Assembly: GCF_006345805.1 (NCBI RefSeq)
Contig: NC_043025.1
Coordinates: forward strand, 14,818,001-14,882,000
Length of the DNA: 64,000 bases
Direction: 5' to 3'
Origin: Octopus sinensis
Taxonomy: Eukaryota
Each line of letters opens with the position of its first letter. The first letter of the stretch is position 1. Both the position numbers and the translations under genes were made by a program. Of this stretch, positions 56,401 through 63,864 are shown piece by piece. Under the pieces are notes generated by a model, which saw nothing but the letters and a program-made list of their open reading frames with translations, was not told where the DNA came from and ran no database searches.

Positions 56401-57848
56401 TCGAGGCGGCGCTGGCATCGGCCACGATTTGGATAGTGCTTTTTACATACCACCAGTCCAGGGGTCCTGGCATCTGCTGGATGCCAGTCATAGGATTGGT
56501 TCAATTTCGATTCTGATTTCGATTTCAATTTCATTTGCCCCAACAGGTCTTCGCAAGCAGGCATGGGTGCCTGTCGTCGGATGAGGTTCGATATCGACTT
56601 CGCTTGCCTCAACAGGTCTTTGTGTGTCCAAGGGAGGAAAGGCATGCATAAGTGAATTCCGAATACAACAAATCCCAGAATTAGATGTACTGGAAACAAG
56701 CACAGAAAAAGCTAAGCGTAAGAAAGCCCATGCTAAAACTGTTGCCTTAGATATTCTGACTGATAAATGGCAAGAAAAACCTCTCAATGGCAAATACCCA
56801 AAGAGAGCTAATAGTGCCAATGTTGACAAAGCCCTTACCCATCAATGGCTAGTGTCTTCTGGCTTAAAATCAGAAGCAGAAGGGTTTATCATAGCAGCCC
56901 AATATCAATGCCTACCTACAAGGAACTACCAGGCCAACGTATTAAAGAACAGCAGTAGATCAGCATGTCTCGTATGTAAACAGCAAAATGAAACCATTGA
57001 TCATGCTGTCTCCATATGTAGTCTTCTTGCGCCGACAGAATATCTCAACAGGCATGATGGAGCACATCTGCTGTTACGTTGTGAGTTCAAATTCCGCCGA
57101 GGTCAACTTTGCCTTTCATCCTTTCGGGGTCAATGAATTAAGTACCAGTTACGCACTGAGGTCCATGTAATCGACTTAATACCTATGTCTGTCCTTGTTT
57201 GTCCCCTCTGTGTTTAGCCCCTTGTGGGTAATAAAGAAATAGGTATTTATTCACTGGGTAATTTGCCGAAACTGCCCCGTGATAAAAACTGGAGGGAACA
57301 CAAACAACTGCAGGGGCTTGAAAATGACCACATCTCACTCTTCTGAAACTTCAGAACTGACAGATGCAAATAGGTTTTCTTATGTGCCCCTTCAATCCCA
57401 GATGGACCTACAACCTTGTTTCAAACTGGACACATATTTTGTTTTGGTCTATGAAGGAGCAGTTCCCACAGGAGCCTTGCTTTTGTCCCCTACCATGGGA
57501 CAATGTGACTGTTCATGACTAATTCAGCTTTTGATAAGAATTGCCTTTTATGGGCAACACTCGTGAAACCACCTTCAAAATCTCTAAGAAGTTGTCCCTG
57601 TTTTTGAATGAACCCATTTATTTTTTGCATACTCTCTTTTCTTTTACTCTTTTACTTGTTTCAGTCATTTGACTGCGGCTATGCTGGAGCACCGCCTTTA
57701 GTCAAGCAAATCGACCCCGGGACTTATTCTTTGTAAGCCCAGTACTTATTCTATCGGTCTCTTTTGCTGAACTGCTAAGTTACGGGGACGTAAACACACC
57801 CACCAGCATCGGTTGTCAAGCGATGTTGGGAGGACAAACACACACACT

Positions 57849-57927
<79 letters not shown>

Positions 57928-58274
57928 TACAACGGGCTTCTTTCAGTTTCCATCTACCAAATCCACTCATAAGGCTTTGGTCGGCCCGAGGCTATAGTAG
58001 AAGACACTTGCCCAAGGTGCCACGCAGTGGGACTGAACCCAGGACCATGTGGTTGGTAAGCAAGCTACTTACCACACAGCCATTCAAATGTTTCACAATC
58101 TTTCTTGGTTGGGCCATTCCACTTTGATTGATTCAAAGCAAGCATTTGCCAATCACACCCAGTTACCCCCCCCTACCACCACATATACACAACAGATTGT
58201 AAGAAAACAGTACTTACCTAGCAATAGGTTCATTGTCTATCTTTATCACACAGTAGGGATCACTGACTCCTGAC
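647..58274 (-). CDS. RASAL1: GAP1-family Ras GTPase-activating protein (RASAL1/RASA4-like), spliced, 16 exons in window, partial at both ends
   Basis: Joined exons: 58218-58274, 38649-38762, 37326-37387, 34958-35093, 34073-34154, 31847-31984, 27634-27731, 22837-22975, 19382-19541, 17641-17705, 16425-16534, 12939-13137, 10477-10614, 6904-7042, 3205-3392, 647-784. All are GT-AG, phase-compatible and stop-free. They give C2A, C2B, RasGAP (LFRGNS arginine finger, FLRFF motif) and PH domains. Likely co-orthologue of vertebrate RASAL1 and RASA4, judged from recalled sequences. Confidence 0.93.
1400..2240 (-). mobile_element. Tc1-family transposase remnant, frameshifted, 5' part interrupted by a LINE
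   Basis: ORFs 1651-2091 and 1527-1784: [43 protein letters not shown] (DDE pattern). Confidence 0.88.
2245..2885 (-). mobile_element. RTE-clade LINE 3' fragment
   Basis: 204-aa ORF with [23 protein letters not shown] and DREVWR, followed by a (TGA)n tail. Confidence 0.9.
3205..3392 (-). CDS. RASAL1: PH exon 1: [62 protein letters not shown]
   Basis: tacag|CA...AAG|gttggt; 188 nt, phase 1-0; KEGYL PH start. Confidence 0.88.
3478..3895 (-). mobile_element. SINE family B tandem dimer
   Basis: Two units; flanking direct repeat ATACACG(A/G)ACATATAT. Confidence 0.85.
5046..5135 (-). ncRNA. Minimal type I hammerhead ribozyme motif, exact inverted copy (sense to the RasGAP pre-mRNA)
   Basis: Reverse complement of 5226-5315 within a perfect 152-bp inverted repeat. 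Confidence 0.7.
5226..5315 (+). ncRNA. Minimal type I hammerhead ribozyme motif (Penelope-like)
   Basis: Stem I TTTTCTTC/GAATGAAA; core CTGAAGA 5234-5240; stem II GAAAG/CTTTC; GAAA 5296-5299; palindromic helix III ACACGTGT; GUA triplet ending at 5307. Activity untested. Confidence 0.7.
5822..6790 (-). mobile_element. tRNA-derived SINE (family B) tandem pentamer
   Basis: Five units of about 185 bp; only the unit at 6560-6790 keeps the tRNA head; TSD CTTTACCTGTAAACC at 5807-5821 and 6791-6805. The central GCCTTTCATCCTTTCGGGGTCGATAAA resembles the Meta-SINE domain (from recall). Monomers or fragments lie at 16812-17460, 28675-28905, 57075-57250, 35690-35910, 54625-54815, 19650-19820 and 46760-46870. 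Confidence 0.88.
6904..7042 (-). CDS. RASAL1: RasGAP exon: [46 protein letters not shown]
   Basis: cccag|GTA...A|gtaagt; 139 nt, phase 0-1; Q.IGNL..KE.W motif. Confidence 0.93.
7150..7570. repeat. Compound (TG)/(TA)/(TATG) microsatellite
   Basis: Direct inspection. Confidence 0.95.
7703..9470 (-). mobile_element. RTE-clade LINE, 5'-truncated, degenerate RT plus long 3' UTR and (GAT)n tail
   Basis: [66 protein letters not shown] or 3' fragments of the same family lie near 19075-19240, 34540-34720, 37558-38115, 39932-40280, 50955-51200, 52050-52405, 54410-54570, 55110-55440, 56075-56620, 58975-59160 and 63208-63600. Confidence 0.9.
9612..10035 (-). mobile_element. SINE family A
   Basis: Full-length reverse copy. 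Confidence 0.9.
10477..10614 (-). CDS. RASAL1: RasGAP exon (FLR motif): [46 protein letters not shown]
   Basis: gacag|GAT...AAG|gtaagt; 138 nt, phase 0-0. Confidence 0.96.
11558..11960 (+). mobile_element. SINE family A
   Basis: Full-length forward copy. Confidence 0.9.
12285..12740. mobile_element. MITE-like long inverted repeat with short TTAGGG tracts
   Basis: The arms are imperfect reverse complements of each other (ccctaaccctaa / ttagggttaggg) around a spacer of about 30 bp. Confidence 0.65.
12939..13137 (-). CDS. RASAL1: RasGAP exon: [66 protein letters not shown]
   Basis: caaag|G...ATG|gtgag; 199 nt, phase 2-0; CP..MR.VF motif. Confidence 0.9.
13575..13970. repeat. AT-rich palindrome with a perfect 40-bp core
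   Basis: 13721-13760 pairs with 13769-13808 and imperfect arms extend outward. Related sequence at 39240-39870 is split by a Helitron. Confidence 0.8.
14533..14935 (+). mobile_element. tRNA-derived SINE family A with internal (TA)(TG) microsatellite, representative copy
   Basis: A box TGGCTGTGTGG, B box GGTTCAGTCCC, (AGTAAAAG)n tail. Plus-strand copies near 11558, 19833, 28066, 33477, 35266, 50108, 60909 and 61493. Minus-strand copies near 1-372, 9612-10035, 32640-33052, 36278-36680, 45390-45975, 57640-58085 and 58690-58857. Confidence 0.9.
16095..16325 (+). mobile_element. Mariner transposase fragment
   Basis: [28 protein letters not shown]. Confidence 0.75.
16425..16534 (-). CDS. RASAL1: RasGAP exon: [36 protein letters not shown]
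   Basis: gccag|GTG...AG|gtac; 110 nt, phase 0-2; VELDP motif. Confidence 0.93.
16980..17386 (-). mobile_element. CR1/L2-like LINE 3' end nested in a SINE
   Basis: [27 protein letters not shown]; (TAAC)n tail; GACTTA duplicated on both sides. Confidence 0.8.
17641..17705 (-). CDS. RASAL1: RasGAP exon (arginine finger): [21 protein letters not shown]
   Basis: ttcag|CT...AAG|gtaag; 65 nt, phase 1-0. Confidence 0.96.
18030..18164. repeat. Perfect inverted repeat, 46-bp arms, 43-bp spacer
   Basis: 18030-18075 versus 18119-18164. Confidence 0.9.
18512..18818 (+). mobile_element. Non-autonomous Helitron
   Basis: 5' TC, 3' hairpin cccgagcaacgccggg plus CTAG|T. Confidence 0.85.
19382..19541 (-). 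CDS. RASAL1: RasGAP exon: [53 protein letters not shown]
   Basis: tctag|GGT...T|gtaagt; 160 nt, phase 0-1. Confidence 0.9.
20289..20506. mobile_element. Mariner-derived MITE (one end also at 52770-52860)
   Basis: TIR ggggtgctgaaaagttcctggcttt in inverted orientation at both ends. Confidence 0.75.
22320..22660 (-). mobile_element. Older CR1/L2-like fragment
   Basis: [25 protein letters not shown]. Confidence 0.75.
22837..22975 (-). CDS. RASAL1: RasGAP exon: [46 protein letters not shown]
   Basis: ttcag|G...AAG|gtaat; 139 nt, phase 2-0; ETVLP motif. Confidence 0.9.
23170..23860 (+). mobile_element. CR1/L2-like LINE 3' fragment (inverted family copy at 41300-41800)
   Basis: [31 protein letters not shown]. 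Confidence 0.9.
23880..24540 (-). pseudogene. Possible decayed Penelope-like RT fragment
   Basis: A frameshifted TL(EI)..SLYMIV resembles the TLDVTSLYT motif; weak, by eye only. Confidence 0.3.
24879..25125 (-). mobile_element. Second Helitron-like family, 3' end (body also at 48252-48790 and 27115-27190)
   Basis: Minus strand gacccggcaacgacaggtc hairpin plus tttaatgCTAG|T; the adjacent sequence matches 48252-48445. Confidence 0.6.
25350..26900 (-). mobile_element. Non-LTR retroelement with ORF1 only (RRM-like region plus one CCHC knuckle)
   Basis: 353-aa ORF 25767-26828 with [14 protein letters not shown], an overlapping 91-aa ORF 25495-25770, then a short 3' tail ending AATAAAGAATTA. No RT is recognisable. 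Confidence 0.75.
25767..26828 (-). CDS. LINE ORF1/gag-like nucleic-acid-binding protein with a zinc knuckle
   Basis: Longest non-repetitive ORF in the window; Cx2Cx4Hx4C motif; basic NKRKRR patch. Confidence 0.75.
   Translation of the reverse strand: MDFDSLSDLSTSEEELEQAVRMMDQKLGYTYAGVTKKAEEKGVDLAKLPSYQKYMKKDSGEVELAPTPKRKEWYDKRTIIYRVFANERKKIEVVNMEWIEEALRRTEEEINFLTRGSKYGTVVVQFKSENAARKMAAKAVKSEKVTLLPTYLNRTITRVRVEGVPPNVEAEWIVAAVISGHEEEVDILHASVKTEGWRGVTVELNVQAENEVLVDLAKSIRLGDVIMRVWVEGRAPRCYKCGLRGHIRAFCPPPVKEMDSEPQREKQKPEEKETVEENSQKWKEAGNKRKRRIRGKENNIEHQSTPTPPTPSETHPIPADSEPTRSPPTRKQKKKIIQTDKSLKTNPGRTFIL
27634..27731 (-). CDS. RASAL1: RasGAP exon (C2B end): [32 protein letters not shown]
   Basis: aaaag|GTA...GG|gtacgt; 98 nt, phase 0-2; WYRL motif; weak polypyrimidine tract. 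Confidence 0.85.
29233..30372. repeat. 107-bp minisatellite, about 10 copies, preceded by a 62-bp inverted copy
   Basis: taagagagtagg recurs at 29314, 29421, 29528, 29635, 29742, 29849, 29956, 30063, 30170 and 30277. 29233-29294 is the reverse complement of part of the unit. Confidence 0.95.
30374..31392 (-). mobile_element. Tc1-family element with TIRs and TA target duplication, degenerate
   Basis: TIR CACTGAACYGCAAAAGAAACAT at both ends, TA at 30372-73 and 31393-94; [14 protein letters not shown] start; SINE fragment inside. Confidence 0.88.
31397..31703 (+). mobile_element. Non-autonomous Helitron
   Basis: A|TC...CTAG|T, same family. Confidence 0.88.
31847..31984 (-). CDS. RASAL1: RasGAP exon (C2B): [46 protein letters not shown]
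   Basis: atcag|ACA...GAG|gtaag; 138 nt, phase 0-0; WDWD..NDFLG motif. Confidence 0.95.
32160..32531 (+). mobile_element. Non-autonomous Helitron, longer variant with a repeated internal segment
   Basis: A|TC...CTAG|T; repeated tacgatt..aaaaaaaatttacc block. Confidence 0.88.
33883..34036. repeat. 16-bp minisatellite (CATGCGTGTGTGTGTG), about 10 copies
   Basis: catgc recurs every 16 nt from 33901 to 34029. Confidence 0.95.
34073..34154 (-). CDS. RASAL1: RasGAP exon (C2B): [27 protein letters not shown]
   Basis: ttcag|G...TCG|gtaag; 82 nt, phase 2-0. Confidence 0.95.
34958..35093 (-). CDS. RASAL1: RasGAP exon (C2A-C2B): [45 protein letters not shown]
   Basis: tttag|CT...AG|gtgag; 136 nt, phase 1-2. 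An in-frame alternative acceptor lies 6 nt downstream (exon end 35087). Confidence 0.9.
36015..36275 (+). mobile_element. R4/Dong-like endonuclease fragment (another at 21170-21430, minus strand)
   Basis: [20 protein letters not shown], next to (TAA)n. Confidence 0.7.
37326..37387 (-). CDS. RASAL1: RasGAP exon (C2A): [20 protein letters not shown]
   Basis: aacag|G...G|gtaag; 62 nt, phase 2-1. Confidence 0.93.
38649..38762 (-). CDS. RASAL1: RasGAP exon (C2A): [38 protein letters not shown]
   Basis: tacag|G...GG|gtgagt; 114 nt; [11 protein letters not shown] is a GAP1-family signature. Confidence 0.95.
38853..39230 (-). mobile_element. tRNA-derived SINE family D
   Basis: Head TGGCCCAGTGGTTAGGGCAGCGGACT..GGTTTCGATTCCC. 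Other copies lie at 10935-11165, 15076-15400, 34308-34470, 46445-46750 and 51316-51830. Confidence 0.8.
39317..39623 (+). mobile_element. Non-autonomous Helitron
   Basis: A|TC...CTAG|T, same family. Confidence 0.88.
40678..40895 (+). mobile_element. Tc1 5' end fragment
   Basis: TA-caggggttggacaaaataatggaaac TIR-like start; [10 protein letters not shown] transposase start. Confidence 0.65.
41300..41800 (-). mobile_element. CR1/L2-like LINE 3' fragment
   Basis: [27 protein letters not shown]; highly similar to 23370-23860. Confidence 0.9.
42078..43320 (+). mobile_element. Tc1/mariner (maT/DD37D-like) element, near full length, inactivated
   Basis: TIRs cagggtgcataaagtatttgaggaca / tgtcctcaaatatcttacacaccctg, TA flanks; [29 protein letters not shown]. 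Confidence 0.9.
46085..46430. mobile_element. Inverted pair of Penelope-like termini (family also at 27890-28056 and 58500-58670)
   Basis: The arms share tgtgacaattatt...ccaagataaaact.....gtttc and each arm carries a hammerhead-like motif. Confidence 0.55.
46126..46192 (-). ncRNA. Hammerhead-like motif of a second Penelope-like family
   Basis: ccggatta-CTGAAGA-GATG...CATTT-GAAA-CTCAGAGT-T-TTATCT. The core is intact, stem I has one mismatch and stem II has a bulge. Confidence 0.5.
46882..48160 (-). mobile_element. Helitron PIF1-helicase fragment with intact 3' terminus
   Basis: [59 protein letters not shown]; hairpin plus CTAG|T at 46882. Confidence 0.92.
52461..52743. mobile_element. Palindromic MITE-like element (shorter, internally deleted copy at 21968-22193)
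   Basis: caattgcagtgtggaag...cttccaagctgcaattg; the arms are near-complementary; two family members in the window. Confidence 0.75.
53265..53640. repeat. Compound (TA)/(TG)/(CA) microsatellite
   Basis: Direct inspection. Confidence 0.9.
54830..57070 (+). mobile_element. R4/Dong-like LINE fragments (restriction-like endonuclease type), interrupted by RTE UTRs
   Basis: [22 protein letters not shown]; [21 protein letters not shown]; [31 protein letters not shown]; flanked by (TAA/TGA)n. Confidence 0.8.
58218..58274 (-). CDS. RASAL1: RasGAP exon (C2A start): [19 protein letters not shown]
   Basis: aacag|G...AG|gtaagt; 57 nt, phase 2-2; SDPYC C2 motif. Confidence 0.93.
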
Positions 58275-59653
58275 CTGTTAAAAAATTAAACACAAAACAA
58301 TTGTAAAGAAAAGCTATATATGTGTGTGTGTGTATATATATATATAATAATAACATGTGACTAAATTTCTGTTACGTTTTTGGTCCCCTAAAGAAAACAG
58401 ATAGAACATGCTTTCTATGTTATGTCCCAAGAAGATTTTATATATTTTTTATGTATTTTTATATAATTTTTATGACGAAAAATGCGAGCGATGTATAAGT
58501 ACGCAGGCAAGCAGAGTTATAACACAGTAATTTCCCTTTGTATAACGGTATTTTTTCATAGCGTTTTCAAATAGCCAGATAACCGAAGAGATGGTGTTGT
58601 GGATTTCCACTTCGGCATCTGAAACTTAGAGTTTTATCTTGATTATCGAGTAATGTAACATATTGTATAGATATATATATATATACATATATACGACAGG
58701 CTTCTTTCAGTTTCTGTCTACCAAATCCACTCACAAGGCATTGGTCGGCCTGGGGCTATAGCAGAAGACACTTGCCCAAGATGCCACGCAGTGGGACTGA
58801 ACCCGGACCCATGTGGTTGGTTAGCAAGCTACTTACCACACAGCCACTCCTGCGCCCATTTGTTTGTTTTTTTATGTTATAATATAAATAAATTATTGAA
58901 TTGTCAGTTGAATCTCTATTTAATTTATTGTTTATATATAAAGAGAGGCAATAACAAGTGTCTAAGACCTATGGAGATAAGCACCCACTACACTCTCGGA
59001 GTGGTTGGCATTAGGAAGGACATCCAGCTGTAGAAACTCTGCCAGATCAAGATTGGAGCCTGGTGCAGCCATCTGGCTCGCCAGCCCTCAGTCAAATCAT
59101 CCAACCCATGCTAGCATGGAAAACGGACGCTAAACGATGATGATGATGATGATGATGATAGCTGAGTGTATGTCTTTGCACCTGTGTTTGTCCCCGACAT
59201 CACCACTTGGTTTGTGTCCCATAACTTAGCGGTTCAGCAAAAGAGACTTAGAATAAGTACTAGGCTTACAAAGAATAAGTCCTGGGGTCAATTTGCTCGA
59301 CTAAAGAGAGTGCTCCAGCATGGCTGCAGTCAAATGACTGTAACAAGTAAAAGAATAAAAGAATATATATGTGTGTATATATATATAACTAATGTAGGAT
59401 AAAATTTTTTTTGGGGAAAAAAAAATTTTATCAATGGCCAGCATATCAAAAATACCTTTAAAGGTTAAATTTATAAATAATTTATAAATAATTTACAATA
59501 ACGGATTTTTTAGAAATTTCTATTGGCTTGTTTCGAGACGCATAAATTATAATGGTTATTGATAATTTTTGTCTTTTTTTCGGCATATTTAGCATTAGAA
59601 TTTTTATTTTGCCCTTATTTTGTAAATTATTTATATATATATATAAATATATA

Positions 59654-60038
59654 TATTACATTATATAAAAGGGCTTAGTAAAATAAATTACTTTGCCGCA
59701 TACTGAACTCATTAGAAATAGCAGCTAAAAAAACTTTTTTAAAACTATTTCCAATACTTAAAGAAAACTTCTCTCATATAGTGTTTGCTCAACTCAACTC
59801 ACGAAAGTATGGGGGAAGAGACATTAAAAAAATCAAATGCAAAGGTTATTTGCATTTGATTTTTTTAATGTCTCTTCCCCCATACTTTCGTGAGTTGAGT
59901 TGAGCAAACACTATATGAGAGAAGTTTTCTTTAAGTATTGGAAATAGTTTTAAAAAAGTTTTTTTAGCTGCTATTTCTAATGAGTTCAGTATGCGGCAAA
60001 GTAATTTATTTTACTAAGCCCTTTTATATAATGTAATA
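59654..60038. repeat. Perfect palindrome, 190-bp arms, 5-nt loop (GGTTA)
   Basis: 59654-59843 is the exact reverse complement of 59849-60038. Confidence 0.95.
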
Positions 60039-60126
60039 ATTTGAATTCGCCTTAAATGGTCCCTTTGCATACTGAATACTTGGTGAAATTGATTAATTAA
60101 TTAATTTTACCCTCAATTGTTAAAAT

Positions 60127-60166
<40 letters not shown>

Positions 60167-60511
60167 TACAGACACATATATATGTATGTATATATGTATC
60201 ATAGTACATATACATTTAAAGATGTGTGTATGTGTGTGTCTGTGTGTGTTGCTGACAAGGTGTTTATAATGAATGACATACTTTTATAGGGTTTAAATAG
60301 GTCAGTGTATGTTGGGTTGCCTGCCTGTCTGTCTGTTCGTGTGTGTGTGTGTACATGCATGTATATGTGCCTGTATATGCATGTAGACATATATATATAT
60401 ACACACACAGACATACATATATATATATAAATATATATATATATGTGTGTGTGTGTATGTATTTATGTATGTATGTATATATATGTGTGTATATATATGT
60501 ATGCTTGTGTC

Positions 60512-60543
<32 letters not shown>

Positions 60544-61895
60544 TGTACATGTGTAAGTATTTATATATATATGTATATATATATGTATGCTTGTGTCTCT
60601 CTCTCTCTCTATATATATATGTACACGCATATACGCATGCGTAAATGTATGTGAGTGTATATAAACATGAGTCTTTCTCAAAGAACCTCTTCTGAGACAA
60701 TAAATATAAATATAGTGTGCCTGCTGTGTGTATGGGGGTATGTATAGCAAGAGAAGGAACCAAGTCAGGCGATTTTATTTATATACACCTCCCTTGGTTA
60801 TTGGCGGCAACAGACAGAAGTTCTAGGAATGGCAAGAATGGTAAAATGGAATGGTCTGTGGTAATATGTTATAGGAGGGGGTGCAATGGCAAAAAAACTG
60901 TACATACATAGGCGCAGGAGTGGCTGTGTGGTAAGTAGCTTGCCTACCAACCACATGGTTCCAGGTTCAGTCCCACTGCATGGCACCTTGGGCAAGAGTC
61001 TTCTACTATAGCCTTGGGCCGACCAAAGCCTTGTGAGTGGATTTGGTAGACGGAAACTGAAAGAAGCCCGTCGTATATATGTATATATATATATATAATA
61101 TATATATATATATGCGTGTGTGTTTGTCCCCCTAGCATTGCTTGACAACCAATGCTGGTGTGTTTATGTCCCCATTACTTAGCGGTTCGGCAAAAAGAGA
61201 ACAACAGAATAAGCATGGAGCTGTCAAATGACTGAAACAAGTAAAAGAGTAAAAGAGTATATGATATATACATTTATATATGTATATAGGTACAGGTGTG
61301 GACGTGTGGTAAGAAGTTTGCTTCCCAGCCACAGGTTCCAGGTTCAGTCCCACTGTGTGTTACCTTGGACAGGTGTCTTCTACTATAGCCTTGGGCTGAC
61401 CAAAGCCCTGTGTGTGGATTTGATTGATGGAAACTGAAAGAAACCTGTCATATATCTATCTATCTATATATATATATATATATATATATATAGGCGTAGG
61501 AGTGGCTGTGTGGTAAGAAGCTTGCTTACCAACCACATGGTCCTGGGTTCAGTCCCACTATGTGGCACCTTGGACAAGTATCTTCTACTATAGCCTCGGG
61601 CCGACCAAAGCCTTGTGAGTGGATTTGGTAGACGCTAACTGAAAGAAGCCCGTTGTATATATGTATATATATATGTGTGTGTATGTTTGTGTGTTTATGT
61701 CCCCGTCACTTAGCGGTTCGGCAAAAAGAGACCGATAGAATAAGTACTGGGCTTACAAAACGAATAAGTCCTGGGGTCGAGTTGCTCGATTAAAGGCGGT
61801 GCTCCAGCATGGCCACAGTCAAATGACTGAAAGAAGTAAAAGAGTAAAGAGTAATATGTGTGTGTGTGTTTGTTTTACAAGATTCCTGATGTGAA

Positions 61896-61929
<34 letters not shown>

Positions 61930-62049
61930 GCACGACTCACTAAATGTGGTCAGGGTGGTAAAAAACACCTAAATTGCTAGAAATAAGAGCTGAAATACTC
62001 TAATGCTGTAGTTAAGGCACAGGAGGGAAAACATATACACTAACTGGGA

Positions 62050-62722
62050 CATGTGTGTGTGAGTGTGTGTGTGTGGAGTGTGTGTGTGTGAGTGTGTGTG
62101 TGTGAGTGTGTGTGTGTGAGTGTGTGTGTGAGGTGTGTGTGGTGTGTGTGAGAGTGTGTGTGTGTGTGAGGTGTGGTGTGTGAGTGGTGTGTGAGTGGTG
62201 TGAGTGTGTGGTGTGAGAGTGTGTGTGGTGAGAGTGTGTGAAGTGTGTGTGTGTGAGTGTGTGTGTGTGGAGTGTGTGTGAGTGTTTGTGTGTGATTGTT
62301 GTGTGTGAGTGTGTGTGTGTGTGAGTGTGTGTGAGTGTGTGTGTTGTGAGTGTGTGTGTGAGTGTGTGTGTGGTGTGTGTGAGAGTGTGGTGTGTGAGGT
62401 GTGTGTGAGGTGTGTGTGAGTGGTGTGTGTGTGAGTGTGTGTGTGTGTGAGTGTGTGTGTGAGAGTGTGTGAGTGTGTGTGTCTGTGAGTGAGTGTGTGT
62501 GTGAGTCTGTGTGTGAGTGTGTGTGAGTGTACGTGTGAGTGTGTGTGTGTGAGTGTGTGTGAGAGTGTGTGTGTGTGTGTGAGTGTGTTGTGTGTGTGTG
62601 TGTGAGTGCGTGAGTGTGTGTGTGTGTGAGAGTATGTGTGTGAGTATGTATGTGTGAGTATATGTGTGAGAGTGTGTTTGAGTGTGTATGTGTGTGTTTA
62701 TGTGTGAGTGTGTGTGTGTGTG
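62050..62722. repeat. Degenerate (GT)/(GAGT) microsatellite
   Basis: Direct inspection; it explains the His/Thr-rich ORF. Confidence 0.95.
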
Positions 62723-63864
62723 CTGTAATGATTCTTCAATGTTGCTGCTGCCTGGCAAATTGTATTCAGGACCCTTTAAATACCCATCCACCTCCCTTTC
62801 ACCTTTCACTCGTTTCAGTCTTTCGACTGTGGCCATGCTGGGGCACTGCCTTGAAGAAGTTTTAATCAAACAAATTAACTTCATTTCTTGTAGTATTTTT
62901 TTTGTATATGTTTCGACCTTCCTTTCTTGGTATATTTTGTTGCCATCAAGTGGTGGGGATGTAAACAAACCAGCACCAGTTGTCAAGCATGAGGGTGGAA
63001 GATAGAATGACAAAGAGACCCGATGATACACACACATATACATATCTATATACGATGGGATTCATTCAGTTTCCATCTAACACTTCTTCTCACAAAGCTT
63101 TGGTCAGCTTGAGACCCTAGCAGAAGACACTTGCCCAAGGTACCATGCTGTGGGACTGAACCCAGAATCATTGGCTGGGGAAGCAAGCTTCTTAACCGAT
63201 GTACATACATCATCATCATCATCGTTTAACGTCCGTTTTCCGCGCTAGCACGGGTGGGACGGTTCGACCGGGGTCTGGAAAGCCAGGGGCTGCACCAGGC
63301 TCCAGTCTGATCTAGCAGTGTTTCTATAGCTGGATGCCCTTCCTCACGCCAACCACTCCGCGAGTGTAGTGGGTGCTTTTTACGTGCCACCTACACAGGT
63401 GCCAGGGGAGTCCGGCATCAGCCACGATCGGTTGGTGCTTTTAACGTGCCACCAGCATGGAAGCCAGCCAAGGCGGCGCTGGCATCGGCCACGTTCGGAT
63501 GGTGGTTTTTATGTGCCACCGGCACAGGTATCACAACTACTATTTCCATTGATATTTATTTCGATGTTCATGTACTTGACTTAATAGGTCTCCTCAAGAA
63601 AACATTTACAAACAAAGTTGACCATATTGAGACCGTTGGACCAAAAGAACATTGGTGGAACTCAAAAATAAAAACATGACCAACCAGGTAGCTTTATGTG
63701 AAAAAGGATCAGTTCTGTGGGGGAAATCAGCTGACCCACCCCAACATGAATGGGGTTAGAAAACTACAAGAGAAAGAAGACGTCTACAGACCATTGGCAA
63801 GGTGGTAGCAAATCCAGTACTCAAGATACACTTCCAGTTTCATACCCATTGTTATTGGAGCTAC

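Noticed and set aside
57250-57520. Non-repetitive island as a candidate exon
   Set aside because: No consistent splice sites or recognisable peptide on either strand.
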